Assembly (NCBI GenBank): GCA_052327205.1
Contig: CM126232.1
Span: forward strand, 25,420,001-25,484,000
Direction: 5' to 3'
From: Somniosus microcephalus
Taxonomy: Eukaryota
Length of the DNA stretch: 64,000 bases
The translations under genes were made by a program, and so were the position numbers. Below are positions 1 through 12,345 of the stretch, piece after piece. Below the pieces are notes generated by a model that worked only from the letters and a program-made list of their open reading frames with translations, did no database searches and was not told the DNA's origin. Position 1 is the first letter of the stretch, and each line of letters starts with the position of its first letter.

Positions 1-452
1 CTAGGTGGTAGAGCTCGTGGGTTTGGGAGGTGCTGCCGAAGAAGTCTTGGCGAGTTGCTGCAGTGCATCTTGTAGATGGTACACACTGCAGCCACGGTGC
101 GCCGGTGGTGGAGGGAGTGAATGTTTAAGGTGGTAGATGGGGTGCCAATCAAGTGGGCTGCTTTGTCCTGGATGGTGTCGAGCTTCTTGAGTGTTGTTGG
201 AGCTGCACTCATCCAGGCAAGTGGAGAGTATTCCATCGCACTCTTGTTCCTTGTAGATGGTGGAAAGGCTTTAGGGAGTCAGAAGGTGAGACACTCACCG
301 CAGAATACCCAGCCTGTGATCAGCTCTTGTTGCCACAGTATTTATGTGGCTGGTCCAGTTAAGTTTCTGGTCAATGGTAACCCCCAGGATGTTGATGGTG
401 GGGGATTCGGTGATGGTAATGCCACTGAATGTCAAGGGGCGGTGGGTTTGTG
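1..452 (-). mobile_element. Non-LTR retrotransposon ORF2 C-terminal fragment (CR1/L2-group LINE)
   Basis: Minus frame reads ..ESPTINILGVTIDQKLNWTSHINTV..RLGILR, typical post-RT LGV.ID..L.W..HI motif. Confidence 0.8.
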
Positions 453-504
453 TTAGTGAAGGGGCAGAAAGTTGCAGCATTCCTGGTCACTGGGACTACC
501 AAGG

Positions 505-985
505 CGGTGTAGTCTTGAGCTCATCCAAAACTCTGCTGCCCATATCCTAACTTGCATCAAGTCCAGTTCACCCATCACCCCTGTGCTCATTGACCTACAT
601 CGGCTCCTGATTTAGCAATGCCTCAATTTTAAAATTCTCATCCTTGTGTACAAATCCCTCCATGGCCTCACCCCTTCTCCCTGTAACATCCACCAGCCAT
701 CCAAGATCTCTGCTTTTCTCCAATTCTACCCTCTTACACATCCCCGATTTTCATCGCTCTACCATTGACGGCTGTGCCTTCAGCTGCCTAGGCCCCAAGC
801 TCTGGAATTCCCTCCCTAAACCTCTCCACCTCTCTTTCTTCCTTTAAGATGCTCCTTAAAACCTACCTCTTTTACCAAGCTTTTGGTCACCTGTCCTAAT
901 ATCTCATGTGGTTCGGTTTTGTTTGATAACGCTCCTGTGAAGCGCTATGGGAAGTTTAAAGGAGCAATATAAATACAAGTCGTGT
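505..985 (+). mobile_element. L2-type LINE 3' fragment
   Basis: ..AFSCLGPKLWNSLP.. then tail gctcctgtgaagcgct..tataaatacaagt; same tail at 8330-8535, 16555-16925 and (minus) 39255-39470. Confidence 0.8.
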
Positions 986-1457
986 TTACAACCTCTGGTG
1001 CAACGCACTGTGCTGCAATACCAACAAGCTGTGCCCAGGAAAACGATGTTAATCTGAATCCACGATTCACCACATCACAGGCTGGTCTCGACCCACTAGG
1101 TGATAAAGAAGGATGGGTTTGGGGAGGTGAGTAAGGCACAGGTGAGACTCTTTCCCAGAGTGTGGAGGTGGGAAAAGAGGCAAGTTACACACATCACGCT
1201 GCAGCCCACTCAAGAGCAGCTTTGACAAATCCTGGGAGCAGACTGTCCGCTCTCTCGATTTACAGAGTGGAGTGTGGCGGGAGGGAGGGGTGCTTAAAGA
1301 GGAAGAGAAAGGCTTTTAACTGGAGTGGTTGAGAAGGAGAAGTTTCTACCCCCCTGCAAATACTGCACAAGTTTTCAAATGATTATTAAGTTAGAATGAA
1401 TATTTCACACATTCCATTTACTAAACAAAACACAGCTACTAAGTTAACATGCAATAC

Positions 1458-1589
1458 CTGATTCGAAATTTTGTTAAAAGCATCCTGTAGTTTTCCATGG
1501 ATTGTTGCCAGTTTCTTACTGTCCCGGTTGGCCTCATGGATTGGGATCAGGATCTTGTACACTTCATTTACAGCTTCGTACATCCCAGC
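1458..1589 (-). CDS. DOCK6: DOCK6 exon [44 protein letters not shown]
   Basis: 132 nt, cag/gtattg. Confidence 0.96.
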
Positions 1590-1919
1590 CTGGTGGAGAA
1601 AAGTCACGCAATTAACATTCGAACTGAACAGCAGGACAGAAAGGCTCCTGCCGCGACACCTTCGTCAGTCCACAACTGATCAGCAGCATCAGCAGCACCA
1701 CTGGTGTCGCATCCTTAGGCCGACTCGGCATCCTCCACCTATCTGTGTCCTAATGCAGGAGACCCGCTGTGAAGTTAGATTCACATTATGCTGTTACAGC
1801 TTGGTCCTACAGAGCAAGCATTTCATGCTTTACTGATATTCCCTGAGGATTTCTCCTGTACAGCTGTGCATAACATTCCTCTTAAAAATATACACACTGG
1901 TAGCTTGGACAATACTCTG

Positions 1920-2316
1920 TGGGGGTGGGGGGGAGAGAGAGAGGGGGAGGAGGGGAAGAGAGGGGAGGGGTCGGAATGAGGGGGGCGGAGAGAGGGGGGA
2001 GGGAGGTCGAGGAGGCGGGGGGGGGTCCGAGAGCGGAGGGGGGGGGGGCAGAGAGCGGGGGTGTCCGAGAGCTTGGGGGGGGGGGGGGTGTCCGGGAGCT
2101 GGGGAGGGGTCCGAGAGCTGGGGAGGGGGGGTCTGAGAGCGGGGGAGGGGGGGTTACGAGAGCGGGGGAGGGGGAGGGGGGGAATCCGAGAACGGGGGGG
2201 GGGGGGGGGTCCGAGAGCTGGGGAGGGGGGTTTACGAGAGCTGGGGAGGGGGAGGGCGGGGGTCCGAGAGATGGGGAGGGGGATGGGGGTCCGAGAGATG
2301 GGGAGAGAGGGAGAGA
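1920..2316. repeat. G-rich degenerate tandem repeat (core ggggtccgagagctggggagg)
   Basis: Repeated gtccgagag cores separated by G runs; explains the Gly- and Pro-rich ORFs. Confidence 0.9.
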
Positions 2317-2337
2317 TGTATTGTCATATTTGTGTAC

Positions 2338-2481
2338 CATCGTAAAGGAGGCTGCTGCTTGCTCCAGCAATCCCACCAGGCCAGCTTCTGTGAAATATTT
2401 CCCAGCACAAATTCCTTCTTCATCAGGAGAAAGAACGTCATCCGATACAGCTGATTCCTCAAGAACGTTCGATGATATGTT
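2338..2481 (-). CDS. DOCK6: DOCK6 exon [48 protein letters not shown]
   Basis: 144 nt, aag/gtacac. Confidence 0.95.
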
Positions 2482-2797
2482 CTTTGGGGGAAAAAATGTA
2501 CAGTATTATAAAAATGAAATGAAACAAGATTCTTGCCCCCAACCCAAACTGAATCAATTAACAGGCCAAAGTATTTCACATTCACCATTATTTTATGGAA
2601 AGTGATGCACTGGTACTCTGCTCCCACCCTCCCAAAAGATCCTATGGTTATCAAACTTTCATCGGCTGGGAGGGTAGATGAGATAATTTCAGTCCAAAGT
2701 ACCATGCTCACTTGATCTGCCGGCAAGGAGCTGTCATAGAAACATCGAAGATCGGAGCAGGAGTGGGCCACACTTGCCGAGTGTTTCCAGCATTTTA

Positions 2798-3028
<231 letters not shown>

Positions 3029-3143
3029 TCAGGGCACAGTGTTAGTTCAAAGCAGCCAGGCTTGGGCTGCATTTCTACACTCTCATCGTTCTTGGAACAA
3101 GCAAAAAATAAGCGTCAGTAAAGAGAGAGAAACACGTCCTTTA

Positions 3144-3284
<141 letters not shown>

Positions 3285-3537
3285 TTATATAAATGTTCCA
3301 GAAGCCAATAATAAGGGAAAGAGGAGTGAGTATTTCCCACTTGCTTTCATTTAAAAATATATGCATTCACTTAAATCTGCCTTGATGTATATTTAACGTC
3401 AGTTCTCTATCACCATCATCAGTTTGATTTGGTCCTTGTGACTTGTGCATTCAGTGGCTTTATTGATGTTCGCCTTGTTATTTGGCTTACTAAGCTTTGT
3501 TGAAAAGCATTTTTCCATCTCCTCTTTAGTTAGAGGA

Positions 3538-3821
<284 letters not shown>

Positions 3822-4339
3822 CTAAAGGAAGACAGAATGCTTGGTTCAGTCTCATCAAACTCGAGGTTAAAGTATTAAGCGTGCGAGGCGAACTCCCAGT
3901 AAAGATTATGCTAGAGTAAGGTGTACATACAATCACCAGGAGTGGATTATCAAGGTTAGTTTCTTTTGTTAGCACTACAATTCTGGGATGAGTTTTTTCT
4001 GTTCTTACCAGAACAATGGTCTCTGTTGTAGAATAAAGGTCATTTACCCTTGTACAGTGTCCCCACCGGCAGCCTCTGTGTAACAGAACAGGGTAATAAT
4101 GAACCGTCAGTGGTGTGACCACTGAGCTGCAAGAGATGAGCTCACTCTAGGATACGGGTTATTCCCTGTGTTACTGTTTCCTCTCCAGGCCAATAAGACT
4201 ACACGATTCAAACTAAACCCCCCCCCCCCTACTGACTTGGGAACTCATTTGTGTTTAAACTTGTCCAGGTTCGTGATCAGTTCACCAATTCACCCGAAAA
4301 CAGAACAATTCTGTTTGGCCAGTGTGCAAACACACTGCA

Positions 4340-4612
4340 TCATCGACTGGCCACTCAATCTATCATTCATCATCAACTTGGCCACTCAATACTCGATTTA
4401 TCGGCCGCGTACCCACTGAGCGCACCACTGTCACCTCACCTGCTCAAGCCACGATTCATCACCACTTCGGCCACTCAATGCACCATACATTGCTACCTCG
4501 GCCACTCAATGCACAATTAATCCCCGCCTCGACCATTCAGTACACGGTTCATTGACAAATAGCCACTTAGTGCATTATTCATCGCCACCTTGTACACTCA
4601 ACGCACCATTCA
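4340..4612. repeat. Degenerate tandem repeat, unit about 31-37 bp (gccactcaatgcaccattcatcgccacctcg)
   Basis: gccactcaat-like motif recurs about 8 times. Confidence 0.7.
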
Positions 4613-4976
4613 GTTGAAGTATTTTATATGCGAGTACTCCTCTGGAAATTTCGCGCTTATTGGAAACCTGAAAACTGTGCACGGTGAGCAAGCAGACGTG
4701 TGATATTGGACTGTACAGGTATGGTTTCCCTTTAGAAATGATGATGATAAATACCTGCCATAGGACGTTTCAGGAATAATAAACCAAATTATTGCCTGGT
4801 AATCTTGCAGTAGTGTATCCTTCAGAGTGATCAGTCTCGCACATTAAAACTTGCAGTCAGACCCCACGTTAAGGTAAGGATTGTCAGTGCTGCAGAAATT
4901 GTCACGTCATGCCAGCGCCGTCAGGTTAGAACAGCACGGGGAGATGCTGAGTTAAATTCCCTCGAATGACGAACAA

Positions 4977-5379
4977 ACTTGCAATTATATAGCGCCTCAG
5001 GACGTCCCAAAGTGTTTTACAGCCAATGTAGGACAACGCAGCAGCCAATTTGTGCACAGCAAGCTCCCACAAACAGCAAAGACATGCTGACTAGATAATC
5101 TGTTTTAGGTGATGTTGGTTGAGGGATAAACATTGGCCAGGACACTGGGGAGAACTCCCCCGAACCCCGCTCTTCTTCCAATGACGCCATAGGCTCGCTA
5201 ATGTCCACCTGAGAGGGCAGACGGCCTCGGTACAATGTCTCATCCAAAAAAACAGCACCTCCCTCAGTACTGCACTGGAGTGTCAGCCTAGATTTTGTGC
5301 TCAAGTCTCTGGAGTGGGATTTGAACCCACGACCTTCTGACTCGGGCGAGAGTGCTACCCACTGAGCCACAGCTGACAC
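4977..5379 (-). mobile_element. SacSINE1-like DeuSINE (tRNA head, Deu core, L2-type tail)
   Basis: Reverse complement reads gtggctcagtgggtagc..ggttcaaatccc (A/B boxes) and Deu core gtgtcctggccaat..tttatccctcaacc. Confidence 0.85.
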
Positions 5380-5672
5380 CTCAACGTTGTCCCAACAGTG
5401 TGAACTAATCCCAACAATTAAAAGTGCACACCTTGCTGTGCCAATATTGCATTTTTGCTATTTCACCCATTAGCCCATCCTTATGGCCTCTCTAAGTGAC
5501 AATGCCATTCAAGGGCAGTTTTGTGCTTTAGGCCCATGCCAACTAGGAATTGAGTGAGGTGAACACAAGTCATTTTACATGTAGATAGAGGCAACTTTTA
5601 TTCAATAAGTCTGGTTGAATATGAACCCAGCTCCAGACATAACCCCATCGTACCACCAGATTACTGCCCTTA

Positions 5673-5925
5673 TCATAGAATCATAAAAATTTACAGCATA
5701 GGAGGACGCCATTTGGCCCATCGTGTCAGTGCCGGCCAAAAAAGAGCTATCCAGCCTAATCCCACCTTCCAGCTCTTGGTCCGTAGCCCTGTAGGTTACG
5801 GCACTTCAAGTGTATATCCGAGCACTTTTTAAATGTGATGAGGGTTTCTGCCTCTACCACCCTTTCAGGCAGTGAGTTCCAGACCCCCACCACCCTCTGG
5901 GTGATAAAATTTCTCCTCAACTCCC
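5673..5925 (-). mobile_element. CR1 LINE 3' end
   Basis: ..[17 protein letters not shown].. and (attctatg)-type tail. Confidence 0.85.
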
Positions 5926-5986
5926 CACACTCATCATTAGCGCCTGCTCTCCAATATTCTATAATAGAAAAGACACAAGTACTTAC

Positions 5987-6139
5987 ATTGCCAATCTCAA
6001 AGTTCTGCCTCATCAAGAGGTAGAGTGAGGCGCTGGCGTGAGCTCGAATGGTCCCCACGCTGCTGCTGCAGTGTCGCAGAAGTCTTAAACACAGATCGGC
6101 GCAGAGCTCAGTGTCCTCCTCAAACAGCATTTCGGGAAA
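5987..6139 (-). CDS. DOCK6: DOCK6 exon [24 protein letters not shown]...[11 protein letters not shown]
   Basis: 153 nt, cag/gtaagt. Confidence 0.96.
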
Positions 6140-6398
6140 CTGCACAAAGACAGTCAAAAGACCAATTAACCAGCAGAGTAAAGGGATCAGCTCAACACCT
6201 TCAGACACAGGGCTGAGCCACAGTTACACAGAGTGCTAACGCAGGAGTGGGGAATAAGTTAACCAGAGTAAACTTCAGTGAAAAAAATACGTTACCGATT
6301 TCTGCCTGTTTAAGAAATATTTCAAATAAAGTAATTTGTTTTTGTTGAATAATCCGAAATTCAGGATGATACACCATCAGCTTACAGCACACATACTA

Positions 6399-6754
6399 CA
6401 GGAAACTCTCGATTTACCGGCACCTAAATAACCGGAAATCTCTCTCAACCGGCAAAATTCAGGAGTAGGTTCAGGTAGGTTTTACTTCATATTAGCGGCC
6501 GTGTAACCGGGGTTACCGGATCTGTGGCCGTGTAACCGGGGTTACCGGATCTGTGGCCGTGTAACCGGGGTTACCGGATCTGTGGCCGTGTGACCGGGGT
6601 TCCTGCACCTGTTGCCATGCAACAGGGACGCCTGGATCTGTGGCCGTGTACGGGGCTCTCATACCTTGGTAAGTATACCTCTCTGTAATCCGGACTTTTT
6701 GATCAACCGGCACCACACCGGTCCCGTCGGTGCCGGATAAGAAAGAGTTTCCTG
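6399..6754. mobile_element. Tc1/mariner (pogo/Tigger-like) MITE
   Basis: TIR caggaaactct/agagtttcctg, TA on both sides (6397-98, 6755-56); internal 29-bp tandem expansion. Confidence 0.85.
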
Positions 6755-7004
6755 TACATTACAAATTCCATGGTGTTTAAAGATGCACGTGTGAGTGACA
6801 GTGCTCTGTGGCAGGGCGAGACTCTGACTGTCAGCAGGAGGGGTGGATCAGAAGGCCCTCTGGCTTTTGGCCGTACATGGTCCCTATGGGTGCTGAGGGC
6901 AGAAAAGAGTTGGTGGTGGTGGTGGTGGGGGGGGGCGGGGAGAAGTAACTTTAAACTAAAAACAGTTGCGAACACGATTAACAAAGGTGGGTCATGCTGC
7001 TTAC

Positions 7005-7139
7005 CTTGAAGACCAGTGCCCGCTGGGTGGCAAAGCAGTGCTGCAGGAAGAGGGCACTCTGGTTACAGGCCATGCCGTGTAGAATGACCTTCAGTACTCC
7101 ACTCAATACGCTCTCTTTAGACTCCGACACCATAACTGT
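7005..7139 (-). CDS. DOCK6: DOCK6 exon [45 protein letters not shown]
   Basis: 135 nt, cag/gtaagc. Confidence 0.96.
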
Positions 7140-7328
7140 CTGCACAACGGAAAACAACATAACCAATATCAGACACGCTCTGCTCACTGAGCGATAGCTT
7201 CAAACACTCCTGAACTACGAATTGGATCCATTTCCAGCCAGGTGCAATCAAACTCGATTATTTCATTTATTTATTTACAGTCGCAACTGTTTCGATGGAA
7301 TTCATTTGTATGTTATCTATCCTGTTCT

Positions 7329-7547
7329 TGTCGCTATTGACTAAGAAAACTACTAAGCACTTGATTTGAGTATAAAACAAGGCTTTAATCAACTGTTTCA
7401 CAACCATGAGATTCTAGTTACATCACTAGTTCCTGGTTACAGAAACATCCTGAACAAGCTGGGCCCACGCCCGAGTATTTATACTCCTTGGACGGCGCCA
7501 CCAGCTGGCCGCCCAGTGTTATTTCATGAATGATAAGATTCATGACA
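7329..7547 (-). mobile_element. Putative short solo LTR
   Basis: TGTC...GACA termini; on minus strand TATAAATA then ATTAAA in LTR order; no clean TSD. Confidence 0.5.
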
Positions 7548-7609
7548 ACTTCATTTCATTCTCTCCAGCCTAACCCACTCGTACTTATTCAATGCTTCTG
7601 ATTCATTTA

Positions 7610-8148
7610 CAGGAAACTCTTTGGTATCCGGCACCGACGGGACCGGCGTGTTGCCGGTTGATCAAAAACTCCGGATGACGGAGAGGGTTATCTACTGAGG
7701 CTATTTTTAACAAAGAAAAATTAAAAAATCAAGAAATGTGCAGTATACAGTAATTGGGTACTCACCTACAGAATGCTGTGTTAAATGGATGGTGGAAGAT
7801 GCTCGATTAAGTACAGTACTGCCAGTTGAGGGTAATGCAATGCAATGACTACCAGCAGCGTGGGAGACACACAGTACCCCTGTAAAATGGCGGATCAGAA
7901 GAGACTACCGGCAGCGCGGGAGAGTCAGACTCCTGTTACAGGGGTATTGAGGTGTTCCGGCTCCTGACAGCGCCAAGAAGCCGAGCAGTGGCAGTTTGGA
8001 GAACTACCCCCACTGACTAACTCGGCCACCGCGGGAGACTCGGACTCGGCAACATTGCCGGTTATTAGGTGTTGTTTTCGGAGTTTGAATTTTGCCGGTT
8101 AATAGAGAATTCGTGATATTTAGGTGCCGTTTAAACGAGAGTTTCCTG
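7610..8148. mobile_element. Tc1/mariner-type MITE, same family as 6399-6754, opposite orientation
   Basis: TIR caggaaactc/gagtttcctg with TA flanks; left end is the reverse complement of the right end of 6399-6754. Confidence 0.85.
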
Positions 8149-8736
8149 TACTTCATTCTGGTCCACGACATGGTACTCAGAATTCATTCCTTCCTCCTCT
8201 CCAGACACTGGCCCCCAACCCCCAGTGCGTCACAGGTAAGACCCAAACCGTCCAGCTCTGTAATCTATGCTGCAGCAGATTCACTGAACGCAACAATCCA
8301 TTCTGTCCTAGCCGCTGCGCTGCTTCTGTTCTCCAACACATCCTGACAATGTCACAGCAGATCCTCCAATATTTTTCTTAAAAATCAAACTGCTGTGATT
8401 CTTTGACCAAGCCCTGTCCTAATATTTCCTTTCCTTATGTGGCTCGGTGTCAAATTTTGTTTGAGAATGCACCTGTGAAGCGCCTTGGGATGTTTTACTA
8501 TGTTAAAGGCGCTATATAAATGCAAGTTGTTGTTGCGATTCCAACAACCCTCAGTGGTTTTCGGCCAGCTGACAGTATGAGATGAAGGTTGTTCCCAGCT
8601 CTACTTTACTCTCATGTAACCCAAGCGTCTGAGGTTCTTTTCTTGACACTAACAGGAGCTAATCATGCCGGAACTACTGCTTGTACTGGTGTACACTCAG
8701 CCACCAGCTCAGACACAATAGGCCTTGCTGCTTTAC

Positions 8737-8833
8737 CTGAACAACAATTTCAAGTATGTCCAAAACCACGAGGTTAGCTTCAGTAACCAGGTTCCCATCT
8801 ACCAGGGCATCATGTTCCATTTCAGCCTTTGTC
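8737..8833 (-). CDS. DOCK6: DOCK6 exon [32 protein letters not shown]
   Basis: 97 nt, cag/gtaaag. Confidence 0.95.
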
Positions 8834-9104
8834 CTGAAACGGGGGGAGGGGAAGCGGGAAAGAGAGAGAAGCATCAGTCTGTGTCTAACAGCTCGACCCA
8901 GATGGACACATCAAGCAGTCAGCCAATAGGAACACGGAAACAGAAGAAAACTATTTGGTCCATCGCGCCTACTCCAGCATTCTGTTAGCTCCAACAGCTC
9001 TTTACAATCCTGATTCCTTGCCGTTTCTCCATATCCTTTAATATACGTACTTCCAAATTAACTATCTTCCTTTTAAACACCTTGATTGACGTTGCATCTG
9101 TGGA

Positions 9105-9870
9105 CAAGGAAAAGGAGGGGGGAGGGGGGTCAGAAGCAGCTGAATGGATGGTCTTAGTCTTCGTGACAAAGGAATTCATAAGCTCCTTGCACTTTTTGTT
9201 GGAGGCAGCAGGATGGAGGAATTTAAGGAGGGCTGGTAGTGAAGAAAAGAAGCTGGGGTAATTTTTGCTCTCAAAGATGATCCTGGAGTAGGGGGAGGTT
9301 TTGGAAGAGGAGAGCGAGCTCTGATAGCATTCAAACTTTAGATGGATAACTAAATCAATTGTGCACCAGAAACATTCAAGTCTGCACTTGTTGAACTTAA
9401 GGGAGCAAAGATGGGGAACCAACCAGATGGGAGAGAGTGCAGGTATTGTTGGGGGGACGGACATCACGGGTGGAGATAAGGGAGCGGTTGAGCAAAGCGA
9501 TGGCTGCAGAGGTATTCTGGTAAAAGAATAGCCAAAGGCTAAGCAGTTGGGAGTCAGAAAGTACAGGGAGTTTGAATTATAAGGTTACGTGCTTGTTCTG
9601 GATTCCCCTACTAGAGCGAAGAGCCATTCCCTTTGTTATTTTAAACACCTCAATCAGTTCACCCCCAACCCCTTTCTCCACGGACAATAACCCAAGTTTA
9701 CCCATTATCTCATCAAAACTCAGGCTCTTCATCCCAGGTATCATCTTGGACTTTCCCCAAGGCCAGTGTATCCTTCCTAAGGTGGGGAAGTATCCAAACT
9801 GAACTCAGTATTCCAGATGCATCCTGGGCAGAGCTCTGCATAACTACAGTAGCACTTTTGTGCTTTTATT
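9105..9870 (-). mobile_element. Degenerate L2 fragment followed by degenerate CR1 fragment
   Basis: ..KKCKELMNSFVTK..IHSAAS.. (L2 ORF2-like) and CR1 3' region similarity. Confidence 0.55.
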
Positions 9871-10347
9871 GGCAAACCAATGCTGTCCTGATTCAAATTG
9901 GAGTTAATACCTGGTACAGCTATCAGGTAGATCTCTCTGTATAAGGCCACACATGAATCAGTTCGGTGCTAGTACTATTAAAAGCGTAATGGGGGCGGTT
10001 ACATAGAATATACAGCACAGAAACAGGCCATTCGGCCCTACGAGTGCATGCCGGCATTTATGCTCCACTTGAGGAAGATTTTTCACAGAAAGGATTACGC
10101 AAGTGCCTATCGAGACCGATAGATTTGAGGGAATGAGATTAATACCTGAATTGGTAAAATATTGAAGGAGACGGGTAAAAAGTATGAAAGTGGGATTTGT
10201 CTAGACTGGGAACTGCCCTGGCAAAGTAACAGTGGGCTGAATGGCATCCTTCTGTGATTCTATGTGAGATTATGCAGGGCTGTAATTGAACTGATAATTG
10301 GGGGGGTGTATGTGCAATATTCCTGATCTGTAGAAACAGCCACCTAC

Positions 10348-10432
10348 TTGTCAACCTTATCAGCATTCTGCCTCCAGTGGGTGATGTTCTTTCTCCAGCG
10401 AACATTTTCTTGGCTTCCATATGGGCTCCTCT
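10348..10432 (-). CDS. DOCK6: DOCK6 exon [29 protein letters not shown]
   Basis: 85 nt, tag/gtaggt. Confidence 0.94.
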
Positions 10433-11087
10433 CTACAATAGATTGGAGTACATTAGATTTTGATCAACTGCCCACGAACTGCTCTCTATACTTAATCAAA
10501 AACAGAACAGATTCACCGAAAATACACTCTTAAATGGGTTAGCCTACTTGAACCATATGATGGTTACAATGACGATTGAGATAGCTCTAGTTTGAAACAG
10601 GAGGCTACGAACTGACTGTACGAAGCAGTGGCTGGCCTTGTGTTTTACTTCCCCCCCCCCACCCCCCCCATTCTCCAGTTCAAACAGCCTCAAAATATCA
10701 GGCCACAGAATGTCTTCTGCAACTTTGTCCTTTTTGAACTGTCCAGACACCACAGAATGGAGATCAGAAGCAACTGCAGTTTGATAACATGCAGACACAA
10801 TAGTAGGTACTGATATTCCACCACTAAATGTCACAATCTCATGTACAGTACTAACTGCAGATCATATTTACAGATCACCCCATACATTCAGGAGAGGTGA
10901 CATCATAGCACTAGCATCTGCTGTAACCAGCCACTTGAATCCAATAAAGGCTCTGTGAATAAAGGGGTGGAAAGATGCACTTCTGGTTGCATCTAATCAA
11001 ACACAGGATTAACTGGGATTGAGTGAGTGTGCACTGATCTGCATGCATGTGACACTAATGTACAACCCACTTCCCTTCCCTCTCCCC

Positions 11088-11380
11088 AATGGCTTGGATG
11101 GTTAAGGCATTGAGTAGCTGAGCAATTCAGAACCAGTCAGGGTGCTGCAATTAGCCTCAGTGCTTCTGCACTACAGAATTGGTCAGGGTGCGAGATGACT
11201 ATCCAGTGACCTTTGCTAGAAGTGGATGGGTGCAGACGTTGGGTGAAGACACGCACTGTCCAGGCTCACACATGAAAAATAGCCAATTGAGCACGGCTCA
11301 GAAGGGCGACCAGTGCCTGTGGTACTTTACTGCAGTCGGAGGTAGGACCTTCGGGATTGAAGGAGGTAGAAAATTGGTCT
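11088..11380 (+). mobile_element. Ancient tRNA-derived SINE (core gctatccagtgacc)
   Basis: Shared with 18275-18520(-), 19518-19925(+), 26345-26600(-), 34480-34640(-), 46165-46455(-), 54262-54550(+), 56385-56630(+). Confidence 0.65.
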
Positions 11381-11418
11381 GAAGCCCCACGCCCAACAAA
11401 ACAATGTACAGACACAGA

Positions 11419-12252
11419 GGGCAGGATTTTCATTGGGCCATGGAGGCGGGGTTGGAGGCGTGCGGGGGTTAAAATCCTGAAATCGGGGGGGGCACGAACC
11501 CATCCCGCCCCCATGCCAGTTTCAAAGGAGGCGGGTACCCGACCCCTGCTGGGACCCGCCTCCCCGAGGCGGGAAGGGGATTAGTGCCAATTAACTGCCT
11601 GGTAACAGATAGTTAACAGGCAGTTTTGAGCCTAATCCCTATTTTCATTGGTGAAATGTGGGATTCCCGACGGCTCCAAACCACGCCAAGTTAGCGAGGC
11701 GGGCCGTCGGGATGAAGGGCTTGGAGGGGTCGAGATGTCCAATGTTCAGGTGAGTGATGGGTGCATGAGTGAAGAGGTAAGTGTGTTTGGTCTGTGTAAA
11801 GTGTTTAAAGAAGTTCTACTAACCTTTACTTACCTTTACAGCCTTCCTTCCTTCAGGTCTCGGGAGTCCCTCATCTCACCGGCACAGAAAGCAGAATGGC
11901 CGCGATCTGTCAAAAATTGCAGCATTCAGCTTTCTGTTCCGGGGAGATCTCTAAATCATCCGGAGAGGAAGGAATTAACTTGTAGTACACATTGTCAGTG
12001 TTTGACAGCTTCAAACAGCTGTCAAACGCTGATATTTCATCTGTCAAAAGGTCTTGACAGATGAAATGTCAATCTGTGATGTCACCTGTTGCCGGGTGGC
12101 CCTTAATTGGCCTGCTGAACCCGCTGGGCGGGCTCAACAAGGTCAATCAAGTCAAAATCGAGTGGGTTGGCTAAAACTCGATGGAGGCGTGACTACAACC
12201 CCGAAAGTTGTAGTCCCGCCTCCTACTCGCCTCCTAAATGAAAATCCAGCCC
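11419..12252. mobile_element. Non-autonomous TIR DNA transposon, PIF/Harbinger-like
   Basis: TIR gggcaggattttcatt/aatgaaaatccagccc; 3-bp TSD AGA (11416-18, 12253-55); second copy from 63394. Confidence 0.85.
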
Positions 12253-12345
12253 AGAATCTCTACCTTTGTCTATATGTGGCAGGTTAATGAGTGAATGCTG
12301 GAAACGCAGATCAATGGGAGAGAATTCAAACAGAGCTCTGCGTAC

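Noticed and set aside
10548-10586. Possible 39-nt microexon (ag...gtaggc) where DOCK7 has an alternative exon
   Set aside because: In the required phase it reads ELSQSSL-stop; no homology.
11088-11380. LF-SINE identity for the ancient SINE
   Set aside because: The core does not match the LF-SINE consensus as I recall it.
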